Shown in pieces: positions 60,841 through 64,000 of a stretch of DNA of 64,000 bases. The notes below the pieces were generated by a model. That model did no database searches. It was given only the letters and a program-made list of their open reading frames with translations, and was not told where the DNA came from. How positions within the stretch are numbered: position 1 is the stretch's first letter; every line of letters starts with the position of its first letter. Source of the stretch: an uncultured Spirochaetota bacterium (lineage in GTDB: Bacteria > Spirochaetota > Spirochaetia > SZUA-6 > CAVTHK01); the NCBI GenBank assembly GCA_963734495.1, contig CAVTHK010000011.1:544001-608000 (forward strand), in the 5' to 3' direction. Position numbers and translations under genes: made by a program.

Positions 60841-61503
60841 GTGATTCCGCGCCCCGTTGATCTCCCGGCCTGTCTGGGGGACGCGCTGCGGGCGCTCTTT
60901 CCCACGCTCGCGTGGGAGCGCGTGTCTTTCTTCGACGGCATCCCGTGGCCTTTCAGCCTCGGCGACGAGGACGCCATCACGCTGACCGGCGGGCTCTCGC
61001 GCATCCGCATCTGCTTCCGTCCCTCGGTCTGCGAGCCGCTGTCGCTGCGATTCTTCCTGCTCTGCGGCCACGAGCTCGTGCACGCGCTGCAGGTGCAGCA
61101 GTCGCCGGCCGGCGGCCGCGGGCTCGGGCTGCTCAACGCCTTTATCGTGCATTACCTGACGTGCTTCTTCGCCGCGTGGTCCGCGCTGCCCCATCACGGC
61201 AACCTCTACGAGGACGAGGCCTACGAGTATGAAGGCATCCTCGGCGGCGCCCTCCACGCAGCCGGCCGGGAGCGCGCGTTGCCGTGCGACGCCGCGGGCC
61301 GCCCCGCCTCCGGCTTCGCCGGCGTGCCCGCGCTCGCGCGCATCGACCCGCGCGTGATCAGGCGCCGGGCCGCGGCGCGGGGCCCGTGCGCAGGCGGCGC
61401 CGCCGCCGTGGGCGCGGGCCTGCTCGCCGCCGTGACCGCCGCCGCCGGCGCCGCCGTCTACGGCGTCGCGTGCCTGGTGTCGCGCCTGTTCAACGGGAAG
61501 TGA
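60841..61503 (+). CDS. Hypothetical HEXXH zincin-like protein (DUF4157-like)
   Basis: 'AITL', 'HELVHALQ', 'NLYEDEAY'; hydrophobic C-terminus. Confidence 0.55.
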   Translation: MIPRPVDLPACLGDALRALFPTLAWERVSFFDGIPWPFSLGDEDAITLTGGLSRIRICFRPSVCEPLSLRFFLLCGHELVHALQVQQSPAGGRGLGLLNAFIVHYLTCFFAAWSALPHHGNLYEDEAYEYEGILGGALHAAGRERALPCDAAGRPASGFAGVPALARIDPRVIRRRAAARGPCAGGAAAVGAGLLAAVTAAAGAAVYGVACLVSRLFNGK

Positions 61504-62695
61504 CGACCCTGCCGTCGCGGATCACCGCGAGCGGCGGCTCGTGGTCGCGGATCGCCTCCCACACCGTCGGCGCGTCGAGGATCACCAGGTCCGCGCGCCC
61601 GTCGGGCGCGAGGCGGTGGGCCTCGAGCCCGAGGAGGTCGGCCGCGCGCGTCGTGACGAGGTCGTACAGGAGCTCGAGGTCGGCGAACGTGGTCATCCAC
61701 AGCAGGTGTGCCGCGAGGAACGCGACTTCGAGCATGCTGTTGCGGCCGAAGGGGTAGTAGGCGTCGGCGATGTCGTCCTGGCCGAGGGCGACGGCCACGC
61801 CCGCGTCGAGCAGCTCGCGCACGCGGGCGTGCAGCGGGCCGGTGTGCGGATCGCTCACCACCCCGATGCGGGCGCGCGCGGCGAGGGCAGCGACCTTGCG
61901 GAAGTACGGCTCCGGGTAGAGCGCCATCGCGCGGCAGTGGTGCGCCGTCACGCGGCCCTCCCATCCGTCTGCGATGGTCCTGACCGCCAGCATCTCGAGC
62001 GTCCGCAGGCCGGGGTCTCCCGCGTCGTCGATCAGCATGGAGACGCCGCGGTCGTGGCTGCGCGCGATCGCGAACATGCGCTCGACGTGCTCGCGGGCGT
62101 CCGCCTCCGTGTACTCGATCCAGGGGATCCCGCCCACGACGTCCGCTCCGAGCTCCATGGCCTCCCGCACGTACCGCTCGGCCTCCGGGTCGCGGATCAC
62201 CCCGTCCTGCGGGAAAGCCACGACCTGCAGCTCGACGCGCCCTCTGAGCTCTTCGCGCACGCGCAGGAGCGCCTTGACTCCCTCGAGGCGCGCCTTGCCG
62301 TCGGTGTCGGCGAAGGCGCGGATGTGCGTGCAGCCGTGACGGAGCGCGAGCGCCACGGCCCGTCGCGCGTTGTCCGCGATCCATCCCTCGTCGTAGCGCT
62401 CCTTGACGCGGGACGCAAGCTCGATCGCGGTCATCGCGGCCCCCATCGTGCCGCCCTGATACGAGGTGAGGGCCTCCTGCGCGGCCATGGGGAGCGTGTA
62501 GACCTTGCAGAGATGCAGGTGAGCGTTGACGAAGGATTCGGTGACGAGGCGCCCTTGCGCGTCGACGGCGTTCGCGGCCCGGACGTCCAGACCGTGCCCG
62601 ATCTCCGCGATTCGTCCGTCCTGAACGGCAATCTGGACCGTATCGACCCCCGACGTTCGAGTCCGGGCGTTGCGGATCAGAAGATCAGCGTGCAC
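61490..62695 (-). CDS. Amidohydrolase, cytosine/creatinine deaminase-like
   Basis: 'NAHLHL', 'VAFPQDG', 'VVGGIP', 'LGQDD'. Confidence 0.88.
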   Translation of the reverse strand: MHADLLIRNARTRTSGVDTVQIAVQDGRIAEIGHGLDVRAANAVDAQGRLVTESFVNAHLHLCKVYTLPMAAQEALTSYQGGTMGAAMTAIELASRVKERYDEGWIADNARRAVALALRHGCTHIRAFADTDGKARLEGVKALLRVREELRGRVELQVVAFPQDGVIRDPEAERYVREAMELGADVVGGIPWIEYTEADAREHVERMFAIARSHDRGVSMLIDDAGDPGLRTLEMLAVRTIADGWEGRVTAHHCRAMALYPEPYFRKVAALAARARIGVVSDPHTGPLHARVRELLDAGVAVALGQDDIADAYYPFGRNSMLEVAFLAAHLLWMTTFADLELLYDLVTTRAADLLGLEAHRLAPDGRADLVILDAPTVWEAIRDHEPPLAVIRDGRVVTSR

Positions 62696-62849
62696 AGGCG
62701 CCTCCCGCCTTCAGATTAACCGACCCGACCCGACCCGTCGATGCCTCTCCGACGACTGCGAAACGGCTCTTGAAACGTTCTCGTAACGCCCATCCCGTAG
62801 ACTTCCCTCGTGCGGGCGCGCTCTCCGCGCTTTCGCACGAGGAGGGTCT

Positions 62850-63746
62850 ATGGAGGTGCGAAGAAAGAGGCTGGTCCTGCTGACAGCCGCCCTGATGCTG
62901 GCAGCCGCGGGCGCGCAGGCGGACTGGAGTTTCGGCACGCCGGTCAACCTCGGGCCGCTCGTCAACAGCGGGGGCGGCGAGGGCTCGCCCGACGTGTCTG
63001 CCGACGGCCTGGAGCTGTACTTCAACTCCGACCGGCCTGGCGGCTTCGGCAACGCGGACATCTGGGTCTCGAAACGGGCGACGAAGGACGCGCCGTGGGG
63101 GCCCGCCGAGAACCTCGGCCCGGTCGTCAACACCGCGGCCGCGGAAATCTCGCCGTGCATCTCTACCGACGGGCTGGAGCTCTACTTTTCCGACTACCGG
63201 GCCAACCGCGCCGGAGGGGTCGGAAAATCGGACATCTGGGTGACGACCCGGCCGGACAGGAATGCGCCCTGGGGACCGCCGGTGAACATCGGCCCCGTCG
63301 CCAACAGCCCGGGCGAAGAGGTCACTCCGGAGATCTCGCATAACGGGCTCGAGCTGTACTTCGAGTCGGACCGCCCCGGCGGCCTGGGCATGGACGATCT
63401 CTGGGTGGCGAAGCGGGCGAGCACCAGGGACCCCTGGGGACGCCCGGCCTGGCTCGGCGCGACTCTCAACGCCGCGGGCAACGACCATTGCCCGAACCTG
63501 ACCGCGGACGGGCTCACGATGTTCTATGACGCTACCCCTGCAGGCACCACCGTCGGCGACCTCATGGTGACGACGCGGGCGACGCTGAGCGGCGAGTGGA
63601 GCACGCCGGTCAACCTCGGGCATGGCCCTTCGGACCACTGGGCCTCGAGCATCGCGGCCGACGGAACCGTGCTCTACTTCGCTTCCACGCGGCCCGGCGG
63701 ATCGGGCGGCAACGACATCTGGGCGGTGCCGATCATCCGGAAGTAG
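62850..63746 (+). CDS. Exported PD40 (WD40-like) beta-propeller repeat protein
   Basis: Signal peptide; five repeats 'W..P.NLG..VN...P.[IV]S.DGL.LYF.S.RPGG.G..DIW'. Confidence 0.85.
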   Translation: MEVRRKRLVLLTAALMLAAAGAQADWSFGTPVNLGPLVNSGGGEGSPDVSADGLELYFNSDRPGGFGNADIWVSKRATKDAPWGPAENLGPVVNTAAAEISPCISTDGLELYFSDYRANRAGGVGKSDIWVTTRPDRNAPWGPPVNIGPVANSPGEEVTPEISHNGLELYFESDRPGGLGMDDLWVAKRASTRDPWGRPAWLGATLNAAGNDHCPNLTADGLTMFYDATPAGTTVGDLMVTTRATLSGEWSTPVNLGHGPSDHWASSIAADGTVLYFASTRPGGSGGNDIWAVPIIRK

Positions 63747-63758
63747 CCGGGTGAGAAG

Positions 63759-63797
63759 GCAGAACGAAGGCTGCCCCCGCGGGCGGCCTTCTTCTGC
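63759..63797 (+). terminator. Stem-loop after the PD40 gene
   Basis: GCAGAA(C)GAAGGCTGCCC-ccgc-GGGCGGCCTTCTTCTGC. Confidence 0.5.
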
Positions 63798-63840
63798 GAG
63801 CTGAGATATCGCCCGGGACAACAGCCACCGGAGGTTCCCT

Positions 63841-64000
63841 TTGAGCAGCATTCGCGATGAGGTTCTCGCGGCAAACGCGCGCTACGCCCAGGGCTTCGGC
63901 GACAAGGGCAGGCTGCCCATGCCGCCCGGCCGCAGGTTCGCGATTCTCACGTGCATGGACGCGAGGCTGGACCCCGCGAAGTACGCTGGCCTCGCCGAAG
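63841..64000 (+). CDS. Beta-class carbonic anhydrase (partial, runs off the window)
   Basis: GGAGG RBS plus [26 protein letters not shown]...'[11 protein letters not shown]' (CxDxR zinc motif); not in the ORF track. Confidence 0.85.
   Translation, partial: MSSIRDEVLAANARYAQGFGDKGRLPMPPGRRFAILTCMDARLDPAKYAGLAE

Noticed and set aside
62720-62737. Short CGACC tandem repeat
   Set aside because: It has only about 3 units and is plausible by chance in GC-rich DNA.

Overview
This is a gene-dense, high-GC bacterial window, probably from a Spirochaetota genome. That assignment is inferred from substrate-binding-protein signal peptides such as 'AFAGGQSD' and 'VFASGGGE' and from a FlgD-repeat/OmpA giant protein. 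Most of the window is nutrient uptake and catabolism: four sugar ABC systems, one peptide ABC system, peptidase, oxidoreductases, isomerases, an ADP-ribosylglycohydrolase and an amidohydrolase. Two accessory modules stand out. (1) 23.2-30.8 kb is a signalling island with a PhcB-like SAM methyltransferase (putative fatty-acid methyl-ester signal synthase), two membrane-sensor PP2C phosphatases (one with a PhcS-like YYAGLNLV sensor), two kinase/STAS partner-switch pairs, a diguanylate cyclase and a PilZ protein. It looks like a Phc-type quorum-sensing circuit rewired to Ser/Thr partner switching and c-di-GMP. (2) 11.4-18.3 kb is an export operon with three membrane-fusion proteins (one GAF-fused, one M50-peptidase-fused) and a truncated SecA paralog. 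Also present are a sigma-54 two-component system with a matching -24/-12 promoter driving a DUF2807/GIN protein, and a 1,533-aa protein with about 10 FlgD-like repeats and an OmpA domain. Six apparent +1 frameshifts in five otherwise intact genes most likely reflect sequencing or assembly error. No rRNA, tRNA, CRISPR array or mobile element was recognised. All family assignments come from motif recognition, not database searches.
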